Positions 36,753 to 45,382 of a DNA stretch of 64,000 nucleotides are shown one piece after another. The translations under genes were made by a program, and so were the position numbers. Positions within the stretch are counted from its first letter, which is position 1, and the number at the start of each line of letters is the position of its first letter. The stretch lies in the IMG/VR virus record IMGVR_UViG_3300032304_000700, positions 25,400 to 89,399 of that record; one strand, written 5' to 3'. The notes beneath the pieces are model-generated. The model was not told where the DNA came from and searched no databases. It saw nothing but the letters and a program-made list of their open reading frames with translations. Source of the stretch: a virus.

Positions 36753-39700
36753 ATCCATTTTCTTTTTTTATTTCAATCAATCCGTCTACGATGTCTCTCA
36801 TTTGTTCTAAGTGAGAAATCATCCATATAAAATCAAATTGAGTTTTAAGATATTGCATCATCATAAATAAAGATGATAAATTGTCTGCATCTAATGTTCC
36901 AAATCCTTCATCTACTACTAAGAAATTTGGACGAGGTAGGTTACATACATTAATAAGTGCAACTCTAATAGCAAGTCCACTAACAAACTTCTCCATACCA
37001 CTACACATCTCCAACGGCCATTCCTGGTCTTCGTAAACAATCTTTGCATTGATTGACTTGCCGTCCATTTCCATTGTAATACCAAAATCTACAACCTGTC
37101 CTAAAATATTATTAATTTCATTCTCAATTACTGGAAGTGCTTTACTAATTAACTCATAAGGAATACCATCTCTCTTTACGGCATCCAAATAATAGGTGTA
37201 TAATCTGTTCTTTTCTTCTAAGTCCTTAACATCATTCATCTTTTGTTTAATACCTCCTATATAGGTCTCTAATGATGAAATAGAACCATTCTTAAATGAT
37301 ATTTGTTTACTGATATCTTTGATGTCCGACTCAATTTTCTTTTTCTCTACTTCTAATTCTTTAATTTGTTTTTCTAACTCTTTATTACTTTGAATTGTTT
37401 CTTCGTTTTCATAATACTTTTCAATATCTTCTTCAACTTTATCCAATTGATGTTGTAATAATTCTTCTTTTGTTTCTAAACCAGATAATTCAGCTTCGGC
37501 CGTCTTTAAGATGCCTTTGGATTGTCCAAGTTTTATTTTTAAGTCGGTCAATTCATTATATTGTTCCTCAACACCTTCCATCGTATCTATGGTTTGTTGA
37601 ATACTGGTACAATCAACTAAGGCTTCTCTAAGTATTTCTTTTAATTGAGGTAATAATTCTTTTACTCTCATTGCATCTTTTACAAAAGTATTATCACAAC
37701 AAAATTCACAATTTGGGTCGTATTTATGATTATCCAAATGTGTAATCGTTTCTTCTGCGGAACTTACATGCAATTTTGCAATATCATAAGTTTTAGTTGC
37801 TTCTATTAATGCTTTTTCTTCTCGTTGATAATTTGAATATGCCGTTTCAATATCAATACTACCAAATAATTTTTTATCTTCTATTGATTGTGAAATTTCT
37901 TCAATTTTTCCTTCTAATATTTTAATGAATGTTTCTTTTGTACCAATTAAAGTTGTATTGTTTTGAATATCTTCACTCAAACCCTTTCTTTTTTCTTTCA
38001 AAATAGGTAAGTCCAAATTAGAATCAATTGGAGTAAGATTTCTACTTAATTCCAATATAACACTATCTAATCCACCTTTGTCACCATTTAATCTAGCCAA
38101 TTCGGTTTCTAATTCTTTTAATTCAACCTTTGTTTCTTTTAAGATATTTGCATTATTTGCAAGTTCCGTTGTAAAGTCGGTTTTCTTAAAGTTCTTAATC
38201 AATACTGAAACTTCTTTGATATCCTCAATTGCTGTATCGTATAATTTATCAAAAACATTTAATCCCATAAATTGAGCAAGTAAATCTTTTCTTTCACTTT
38301 GTGACTTATCAATGAATATAGAGTTATTACCTTGTAAAGATAATGTAGTCAATACGAAATCTTCATACTTACCAACATATTGTTCAATGACTTGATTTGT
38401 ATCTCTCCTTTCGGTTCCGTTTAGGGACACCTTCTCACCACCCATGTCAATATACCAAAAGTTTACATCAACCTTTACATTCTTACCTTTGTTAATTGTT
38501 TTAGCAGTTCTTTCAATAAAGTAATCCACTCCATTAACTTGGAAATTCAAATAACATCTAAAATCAGTCTTACGATTGTTTAAGATATTAGCTGCTTTGA
38601 ATGCTCTACTACTTTTATCATAAAGACAAAATGAAATAGCATCAAAGATAGATGACTTACCTTGTGCATTAGGTGCAAACAATCCCATCAATCCATTTAA
38701 CTTACTAAAATCAATTTTATTATCTTCACCATAACTAAACATATTAGAAAACTCAAATCTAATTGGTTTCCACATAATGTTTCTTAACGTATCTTCATGT
38801 ACAATTCTACTATTTACATCTCTGTTAATATTTTCTAATTGTGCTAAATCTTTCTTATCAACAAATGGCATCATTCTTTCTACATACTCATTGATTAAAG
38901 AGTTTTGATAATTGATGTCGGAAATATCTTCAAAGTCTAATTTATTTTGTCTATCTCCTGTTTTCTTTTTTGATAATGAGTCCGTTCTAATAATTGTAAA
39001 ATCCTCAACACCATATTTCATTTTGATTTCTGCAATTACTTTTTTAGTATCGGCAGTATCGGTATTTGACAATCTTACTCTTAAACGAGGATGTTTTGGC
39101 ATATCATTTACAACTGGAACTTTACCATTGTCGATATCCATTGTATAATAACCATAATCATTTGGTAAATCAATTTCTTCGTAAGTCATTGTGTCTAAAT
39201 CCCATGCTAAAAAACCATGTCTACCCAATGTTTCACCAAAGTTTTGTTGAACCAATGAACCTGCATAAACTACTTTACAACCTTTTGGAGAAATCATCTC
39301 TTGTCGTTTATGAATATCACCCAATAAGGCTAAATCAAATCCATCAAATATATCCGTTGTAAAATGTCTACTACTTACTACATAACCTATATCAGTTTGA
39401 GAATTATCAACAGGTCCGTGAAATAATGCAATTTTTTTATCACCAACTAATTTATCAGCAGTAATCCAATTGTCTTTGTTATCCAAAATTGAAAATACCG
39501 AAAAATCAACACCACCAATAGAAAATACCTGTGTATCTTTTAGGTAATAAAAGTTTTCTAATTCTAATGCATCTACAATAGGAGTAAGAACATCCATTCT
39601 ATCCATATTGTTCATATTACAATCGTGATTTCCTGTAATAAGAATTGTAGGACAAGTTTTAGCACACTCTTTGAATAACCAACTTATTTCGTTGACTAAT

Positions 39701-39879
39701 TCTGGTGACATTTCTAATTTAGCGTGGGCAATATCACCTGCTAAATATATAATTGCGTCTTCGGTTCCTCTTTTACGGATTTCCTCAAACATCAATTCAA
39801 ATACCTGTCTATACTCTTTGTGTCTTTTCACATTACGGATATGAACATCCGCTATATGATAAATTTTCTTTAAACTCAT
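36733..39879 (-). CDS. Fused Mre11/SbcD nuclease + Rad50/SbcC ATPase (T4 gp47-gp46-like)
   Basis: ADVH, AGD, GNHD, FHG, GDIH phosphoesterase motifs; APNAQGKSS Walker A, coiled coil with CEFC hook, CSGMEK signature, VVDEGFG Walker B, ISH. Confidence 0.92.
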   Translation of the reverse strand: MSLKKIYHIADVHIRNVKRHKEYRQVFELMFEEIRKRGTEDAIIYLAGDIAHAKLEMSPELVNEISWLFKECAKTCPTILITGNHDCNMNNMDRMDVLTPIVDALELENFYYLKDTQVFSIGGVDFSVFSILDNKDNWITADKLVGDKKIALFHGPVDNSQTDIGYVVSSRHFTTDIFDGFDLALLGDIHKRQEMISPKGCKVVYAGSLVQQNFGETLGRHGFLAWDLDTMTYEEIDLPNDYGYYTMDIDNGKVPVVNDMPKHPRLRVRLSNTDTADTKKVIAEIKMKYGVEDFTIIRTDSLSKKKTGDRQNKLDFEDISDINYQNSLINEYVERMMPFVDKKDLAQLENINRDVNSRIVHEDTLRNIMWKPIRFEFSNMFSYGEDNKIDFSKLNGLMGLFAPNAQGKSSIFDAISFCLYDKSSRAFKAANILNNRKTDFRCYLNFQVNGVDYFIERTAKTINKGKNVKVDVNFWYIDMGGEKVSLNGTERRDTNQVIEQYVGKYEDFVLTTLSLQGNNSIFIDKSQSERKDLLAQFMGLNVFDKLYDTAIEDIKEVSVLIKNFKKTDFTTELANNANILKETKVELKELETELARLNGDKGGLDSVILELSRNLTPIDSNLDLPILKEKRKGLSEDIQNNTTLIGTKETFIKILEGKIEEISQSIEDKKLFGSIDIETAYSNYQREEKALIEATKTYDIAKLHVSSAEETITHLDNHKYDPNCEFCCDNTFVKDAMRVKELLPQLKEILREALVDCTSIQQTIDTMEGVEEQYNELTDLKIKLGQSKGILKTAEAELSGLETKEELLQHQLDKVEEDIEKYYENEETIQSNKELEKQIKELEVEKKKIESDIKDISKQISFKNGSISSLETYIGGIKQKMNDVKDLEEKNRLYTYYLDAVKRDGIPYELISKALPVIENEINNILGQVVDFGITMEMDGKSINAKIVYEDQEWPLEMCSGMEKFVSGLAIRVALINVCNLPRPNFLVVDEGFGTLDADNLSSLFMMMQYLKTQFDFIWMISHLEQMRDIVDGLIEIKKENGFSKIDF

Positions 39880-40817
39880 AATGAATTTATTTTGTTCAAT
39901 AATAATTCTTCCGATGAAAACTCTTTAGCTTCCTTTAACTCTTCGTAGAACTTTTCATACCCCATATCGGCGGCATCTTTATCTTTAAGATACATCATTT
40001 TTACATGAATACCTTGTTTTCTAAAATATTCGGCAGCTTTAAGTGCCTCATTAATTGCATCGTTGTCCAATGAAATAATAATATCGGTAATTCCACTCAT
40101 AAAGATTTTTTCAACCAATATTCTTGATGGAAATTTACCCAATAATGGAATTGCATTTCTTTTAATTGTGATTGCATCAAATACACCCTCACATAATATA
40201 ATAGGTTCGTTCCAATTTACTTGGGAGTCAAAACATATTACATTTTTGCTGATTGGAGGATTTTTGTATTTCATTTTATTGTCCGGATAATACGAACGAG
40301 AAACAAAGTAATTTAATGTACCATCGGAATTATATGATGGTATAATTACTCTTTGTCCATATAATCCTTCTTTACAATATCCTATATTATATTTGACTAT
40401 ATCTTTTTCCGTAATACCTCTTTGAGTAAGGTAATGTAATGCATTCTTATATTCAGGATTAAACCCTTTAGGAACCTCACTAAGACTAATAAATTCTTTT
40501 GGTAGAGAAATGAACACCTTTGTATCAACATCCTCTAATTGTGGGTTATAATTACTATCTCCGTAGATTTCTCTAATAATTGAAATAGTCTTTCTATCAA
40601 CATCCAACTTCTTTAATAATGAGGTCAATTTTTTACCACCACTATTACAAGTCCAACAATGCCATTTTTGAGTTTCCGTATTAACTTGTAGTTTTTGTTT
40701 GTGGTGATTGCAAAAAGGACAGTAAAATGCCAACTCATTCCCTTTTAGAGTGAGGTGACTACCTAACACACCGGTTAGAGTAGATACGACTATATTCTTA
40801 TCATTTTGCTTCAACAC
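39876..40817 (-). CDS. DNA primase (Zn finger + TOPRIM)
   Basis: CPFC...HCWTC, KYKNP, CEGVFD, LDND, KDAAD. Confidence 0.9.
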   Translation of the reverse strand: MLKQNDKNIVVSTLTGVLGSHLTLKGNELAFYCPFCNHHKQKLQVNTETQKWHCWTCNSGGKKLTSLLKKLDVDRKTISIIREIYGDSNYNPQLEDVDTKVFISLPKEFISLSEVPKGFNPEYKNALHYLTQRGITEKDIVKYNIGYCKEGLYGQRVIIPSYNSDGTLNYFVSRSYYPDNKMKYKNPPISKNVICFDSQVNWNEPIILCEGVFDAITIKRNAIPLLGKFPSRILVEKIFMSGITDIIISLDNDAINEALKAAEYFRKQGIHVKMMYLKDKDAADMGYEKFYEELKEAKEFSSEELLLNKINSL

Positions 40818-40821
40818 CCCC

Positions 40822-40853
40822 TAAATATAGGACAAATATTTGATATTACCAAA
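40822..40853 (-). promoter_or_regulatory. Bacteroidota-type promoter TTTG-N20-TATATTTA upstream of primase
   Basis: Minus strand TTTG gtaatatcaaatatttgtcc TATATTTA. Confidence 0.6.
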
Positions 40854-40857
40854 TAAT

Positions 40858-41283
40858 TTATGGTCTATTTTCCTCTAAAAACCACTCTTCTGGGATGAAT
40901 TTGTCGGCATACTTAAATCCGTTCTTTTCACACCACATTCCGTAGGTAGTTTTAGAGTTTTTGCTGATTTTGTTCTTTGAATTCGAAAATACAAAACGAA
41001 TATCCAAATTAGGATTTTGTTCCTTTACTAATTGGTGTTTCTTACGGTCTGCTGCAACAAATCTACCTTTGGTTTCAACTCTAATACCATTGGGTAATTT
41101 GAAATCAGGATGATAATTATGGGCCGATGCCGGTATGATATACTCAACCTTTTCGGTTTCATATTCAACCGGAATACCTTTACTTTCTATTTGAATTGAA
41201 ATGGATTCCTCTAAACCAGACTTAAATCCATACTTTTTTGCAACCCACTTTGGATTGTTCTTTTTTGTAACTTTTTTAGCCAT
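40858..41283 (-). CDS. T7 gp3-like endonuclease I (Holliday junction resolvase)
   Basis: FKSGLE, YHPDFKLPNGI.VETKGRF...DRKKH, LDIRFVF, TTYG.WC.K.GF. Confidence 0.92.
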   Translation of the reverse strand: MAKKVTKKNNPKWVAKKYGFKSGLEESISIQIESKGIPVEYETEKVEYIIPASAHNYHPDFKLPNGIRVETKGRFVAADRKKHQLVKEQNPNLDIRFVFSNSKNKISKNSKTTYGMWCEKNGFKYADKFIPEEWFLEENRP

Positions 41284-41288
41284 TAAAA

Positions 41289-41510
41289 TTATTTATTTTT
41301 CATAGCTGAAACAACAGCTGAGTATTTTCTCTCATTCACATCTCCGTTTCTACCAACTTTTAATTTAGCAGCATCTAATACTTTCTCATCTGCTTTTTGG
41401 AAATCGTTTGTAGTATATGGGGTTTTTGCATTTTCATATGCAGCTTTAGAAATTTTATCAACTCCTAACTCTTTCTGACCTGCATTGTATAAATCTAATA
41501 TTTTAGACAT
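41289..41510 (-). CDS. Hypothetical protein (late-type promoter at 41527-41535)
   Basis: ORF track; exact ATATTTATA upstream. Confidence 0.6.
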   Translation of the reverse strand: MSKILDLYNAGQKELGVDKISKAAYENAKTPYTTNDFQKADEKVLDAAKLKVGRNGDVNERKYSAVVSAMKNK

Positions 41511-41553
41511 AATCTTTTATTTTACTTATAAATATATGTTAAATATTAAAAAG

Positions 41554-42225
41554 TTATAATTTAGGCCTGAGATATCCAGCCGTAAAAGGGAAATGTGAAT
41601 TTGGAATTAAATTTAAAGACAAAAAAGTTTCAGCTAACCAAAAATGACTATGTATTTTTAAAGATATATCCGTTACATCTGGAATCATACTAATCCACTT
41701 ACTCATCACATCTACACTTCCCATAAACATAGAATCTTCACATATAAATTTATATGGATTTACTTCAATTATTTTAATGTCTCTCCCAAATAAATTATCC
41801 GGATGTTCCTTTATCCATTCATAAACATCTATATCAACTAATTCATTTATTGATAATACCGAATCACTTCTCATCAAAATAACTACATCATAATCTTTAT
41901 TTGACTCTAACATCAATCTATATAAATTTTTCCAATGAAAAAATAACTGATTGGAATTTGGATATTCTGGTTTTATTGGAAATATCAAATCTTCGTTTAA
42001 AATATCATAAACACAATTTGGCAAATAATCGGTTATCATATTGGGTGTAACATCAAACTCTTTAATTAAATCACTATTTGAATATTTTTGTTTTGATTTA
42101 TCCCAAGTGGAAAAATAATAATCACATTCATAATACTTTTCAATATCAACCCACTTATCTATACAATTATCAAATTCTCGATACATTCCATAAATTAAAA
42201 TAGCCGCTTTCATATTATGTGTCAA
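41554..42225 (-). CDS. Putative GT-A-like protein, HTWD/RxD family paralog C
   Basis: AAILIYGMYR, DYYFSTWD, YDVVILMRSD; probable start MKAAIL. Confidence 0.5.
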   Translation of the reverse strand: MTHNMKAAILIYGMYREFDNCIDKWVDIEKYYECDYYFSTWDKSKQKYSNSDLIKEFDVTPNMITDYLPNCVYDILNEDLIFPIKPEYPNSNQLFFHWKNLYRLMLESNKDYDVVILMRSDSVLSINELVDIDVYEWIKEHPDNLFGRDIKIIEVNPYKFICEDSMFMGSVDVMSKWISMIPDVTDISLKIHSHFWLAETFLSLNLIPNSHFPFTAGYLRPKL

Positions 42226-43390
42226 ACCTTATGATAAAATTTACAGGAATATCTGGTTCGGACTTAATTGGTTGTGGTAATTTTGCTACTGCAACTAAAT
42301 CACAATTATCATCATATAAACCAATTGTTGTAATAAATGGAGTTAAAAATGACCCCGTACTATCTACCGACCCACTTAAATCATAGTGTTCAAATCCTGC
42401 TTTTACACTTGAACTTACTTGTGATATGAATCGATAATCCAAACTATCACCAGTTTCTAATATAGATTTTTTACGAATATATTTAACTCCAGGATTAGTC
42501 GTTACTCTGTTTAATTTATTATCAGTATTCAAAATAGTTTCCGTTTCTCTACCAATTTCAACCACTGCAGACGGATTTTGTGAAACATTAAATTCATCTT
42601 CATTTACTATTAAAAGATATTCATGTTCATATATCGTCTCAGTTGATTTATAATACAAATTAAAACTTGATGTATTAAAGTTTTGAGCTTCTGTTAATAC
42701 AATTAGTCCTTGTGCATAAAATATATTACCCAATAGATTTATAATACCATTTAAAAACGGAATTTCATCCACCTCTAATATATCATTTTCGAAATCTATT
42801 TTTATTAATTGTAATGTATATTGTGTAGAATTGTATTCAACTATCAATACATTCGTTTCTAAATTTAATTGAATTATTTTAAAAGAAATTATGACATTGG
42901 TTAAATCTTGTATTGTTATTTGTTCATTGTCAAAATTTACAACTTCTAATTCAACATCAATCCTATTACCAGATAAATTACCAAACCCATCATCCGAATA
43001 TGTGGTTGTATCATCTGCCAATATAACAGAGCCTTTTTTAATTCCTTCACCAACACATTTTTCTGGAATTGATATAACTGTTGCACTACCACTTAAATAC
43101 CTTTCTTTTGCTTTGGTAAATATAGTAAATCCATTAGTTTTTATACCATATCTTTGAATTGGATTATCTTCTCTACCATTATAAAATGCAGATTTTATTT
43201 GACCATATACAGAGTGTTTATTATAAGTAGAACCACTTAAATGACCTACATTTATATCAATCATTTGTGTATCTGAATAACTCCCCTCTTCCGCAACTAA
43301 AACAGAAACTTCAGCTGAAGCTTCGTTCCACTCTTTATAAGCCTTAAACGGCCTTATACTAATATCCGATTTTGGTATTCTTTTTAACAT
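42215..43390 (-). CDS. Baseplate/tail-collar structural protein
   Basis: Start moved to MLKRIPK (43390) because the track's extension crosses a terminator and promoter; GNIFY..G..V and ITTIGLYDD...L.AVAKLPQPI motifs shared with the neighbour. Confidence 0.7.
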   Translation of the reverse strand: MLKRIPKSDISIRPFKAYKEWNEASAEVSVLVAEEGSYSDTQMIDINVGHLSGSTYNKHSVYGQIKSAFYNGREDNPIQRYGIKTNGFTIFTKAKERYLSGSATVISIPEKCVGEGIKKGSVILADDTTTYSDDGFGNLSGNRIDVELEVVNFDNEQITIQDLTNVIISFKIIQLNLETNVLIVEYNSTQYTLQLIKIDFENDILEVDEIPFLNGIINLLGNIFYAQGLIVLTEAQNFNTSSFNLYYKSTETIYEHEYLLIVNEDEFNVSQNPSAVVEIGRETETILNTDNKLNRVTTNPGVKYIRKKSILETGDSLDYRFISQVSSSVKAGFEHYDLSGSVDSTGSFLTPFITTIGLYDDNCDLVAVAKLPQPIKSEPDIPVNFIIRFDT

Positions 43391-43396
43391 ATCGTA

Positions 43397-43405
43397 TATA
43401 AATAT
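43397..43405 (-). promoter_or_regulatory. Putative late promoter ATATTTATA
   Basis: Exact motif 6 nt upstream of ATG at 43390. Confidence 0.65.
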
Positions 43406-43413
43406 TCTTTTAA

Positions 43414-43440
43414 TGAAAAACCCCCAAAACTGGGGGTTTA
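43414..43440 (-). terminator. Rho-independent terminator
   Basis: 9-bp inverted repeat AAACCCCCA/TGGGGGTTT with 4-nt loop ending in a T run on the minus strand, just after the stop at 43464. Confidence 0.75.
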
Positions 43441-43463
43441 ACATTATTTAATATATTCTCCGA

Positions 43464-44702
43464 TTAGAAGTCTAATTTAACTTTGATTGCAATCTCCTTA
43501 TCAAATGATTTCTCAATTGGTTTAGAAACTTTAGCTACTGCTAATAATTCATTTGCATCATCATAAAGACCAACGGTTGTAATGTATACTTTAGGGTCTC
43601 TTTCAAATAGTGGTTGAACAAATTCACCTACCAATCCAGTTACGAATGTTGGGTTATTTGAGAAGTTGAATTCTCTATTGTTTGCTCTTACGAAGTAATG
43701 AGATGTAGAAACATTCTCAGTTCTTCTCATTTGGAAATCTGCACCTGCACTAATTGAATTTAATAATGCAACTGAACCAGAGTTTGCTCCATTATTTTGA
43801 TGATAAATATTTGTTATTGATGAATTAGCTGGTGCTAATTTTACATCAACTCTATTTTTTAATGCAGTTGGGTTTAATAATATAATTCCCATATCAGGAT
43901 AGAATAAACCATACCCTTGACTTGAAGTTATATCCGAATAAGATGTAATACTTGAAGTTAATGCAGAACCTATATTTAAAGTTCCTTCTACTACATTATA
44001 AACTCTACCTGCAGTTGTTACATTTTCATCAGAACCACCACTATCATCAATAAGTGTCAAAGAACCCTTTGAACCTGATAATTCTATTGAAAAATTACCT
44101 GGGTCCAATCTTTCTTTGTATCTAGCTCTGTTTACATTGATTACATAGAAATTTTCTAGGTTGTGTCCGCCTGCAGTTGAACCTGTATAAACACTAAAGA
44201 ATGCATCAGAACTATCCAATAAAACATTCTTAAATTGATTATAAGTTGCCTTTGTTGGTAAATTTGATGAATCAGTTTGTTGTAATGTAGGTGCACCATA
44301 TCCATTCACATCACCATACGCAATTGAGAATTGAACCTCAGCTGCAGTAGAAGATGTTGCAATATTATAAACATCTAAATAATATTTACCACTAACACCC
44401 GATTGTTGTTCAGATGATGTGAAAAATGCTGTTAAACTTCCCGTATCACCACTCCATATTCCAGAAGTTACGATTTCGGTTCGGTTAGTTACTTTGTCAA
44501 TTGTACCAAATTTTTTGTAGATACCATTTGTAATTGTAGTGATATCCGAACTGATTTGTTCACCAGTTCCTAAAAATTGGTTTACGATTCTAACTAATTC
44601 GTTAGTATCTACTGGAGTTCCTGCGGTGTTTGCTGCACCGGCTAAGTAATTTGATATATTACTTGCTAAAAGGCTCCCTCTGCTGTCTCTTATTACTGCC
44701 AT
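43464..44702 (-). CDS. Baseplate/tail-collar structural protein
   Basis: YGLFYPDMGIILLN, EFNFSNNPTF, YITTVGLYDDANELLAVAKVSKP. Confidence 0.7.
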   Translation of the reverse strand: MAVIRDSRGSLLASNISNYLAGAANTAGTPVDTNELVRIVNQFLGTGEQISSDITTITNGIYKKFGTIDKVTNRTEIVTSGIWSGDTGSLTAFFTSSEQQSGVSGKYYLDVYNIATSSTAAEVQFSIAYGDVNGYGAPTLQQTDSSNLPTKATYNQFKNVLLDSSDAFFSVYTGSTAGGHNLENFYVINVNRARYKERLDPGNFSIELSGSKGSLTLIDDSGGSDENVTTAGRVYNVVEGTLNIGSALTSSITSYSDITSSQGYGLFYPDMGIILLNPTALKNRVDVKLAPANSSITNIYHQNNGANSGSVALLNSISAGADFQMRRTENVSTSHYFVRANNREFNFSNNPTFVTGLVGEFVQPLFERDPKVYITTVGLYDDANELLAVAKVSKPIEKSFDKEIAIKVKLDF

Positions 44703-44711
44703 AGTATTTTA

Positions 44712-45335
44712 TTATTGAACGTAAGTTACTGTTACTGGAATTGTTTGTGAACCACCCGTTTCGTTACCATAAACTGTAATTGTAGTTTTGATAGTCGAAG
44801 TTAATGATGGGTTTGGAATAAATTTGAAAGTTAATCCTTTAGCGATTGCTGCAGTTGCAGATACATCGTCTCCGATAAATACTGGAACTGAACCAATTTC
44901 TGATGTTACACCTTCACCGATAATATCACCAGCATTTTTGTTAGATAATACAATTGTATATCCTAAACTTCTATTTCCTGCAGGAGATGTAGTTGGAGAT
45001 AATGCAACCTCACCACTTCTTTGATTAACAGATACATTAGGAACACCAAATTCTACAACTGGAATTCTAGTTGTGTTTTTTGGTAAAGTTACTAACTTAT
45101 ACTTCATTACTTGAGTCTCATCTGGATTAGCTTCTAATACAGGCATGTTTTTAATAGCTGCATCATAGTAAGCCGAACCCAATGGGTGAGCTGGTTCGTA
45201 TAATGTGTAATCAATCTCATCATCTGCTAATGCAAATTGAGTGATGTTTAAACCTTGACCCGCAGCTAATTTCTCTCTACCTTTTTTGGTAAGAATTGCG
45301 TCAACAGTTAATTCTGTGTTACTTAAATATCCCAT
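44712..45335 (-). CDS. Baseplate/tail-collar structural protein
   Basis: VDAILTKKGREKLA.G...ITQFALADDEIDY, resembling tail-collar fibre N-termini; late-type motif at 45356-45364. Confidence 0.65.
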   Translation of the reverse strand: MGYLSNTELTVDAILTKKGREKLAAGQGLNITQFALADDEIDYTLYEPAHPLGSAYYDAAIKNMPVLEANPDETQVMKYKLVTLPKNTTRIPVVEFGVPNVSVNQRSGEVALSPTTSPAGNRSLGYTIVLSNKNAGDIIGEGVTSEIGSVPVFIGDDVSATAAIAKGLTFKFIPNPSLTSTIKTTITVYGNETGGSQTIPVTVTYVQ

Positions 45336-45382
45336 AGTATAATATTATCTTTGTTTATAAATATAATTATTTTAAAATTTCG

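Noticed and set aside
43391-43444. N-terminal extension MLNPQFWGFFIKRIFIYD of the 42215 ORF
   Set aside because: It runs through a terminator hairpin and a late-type promoter; ATG at 43390 is the more plausible start.
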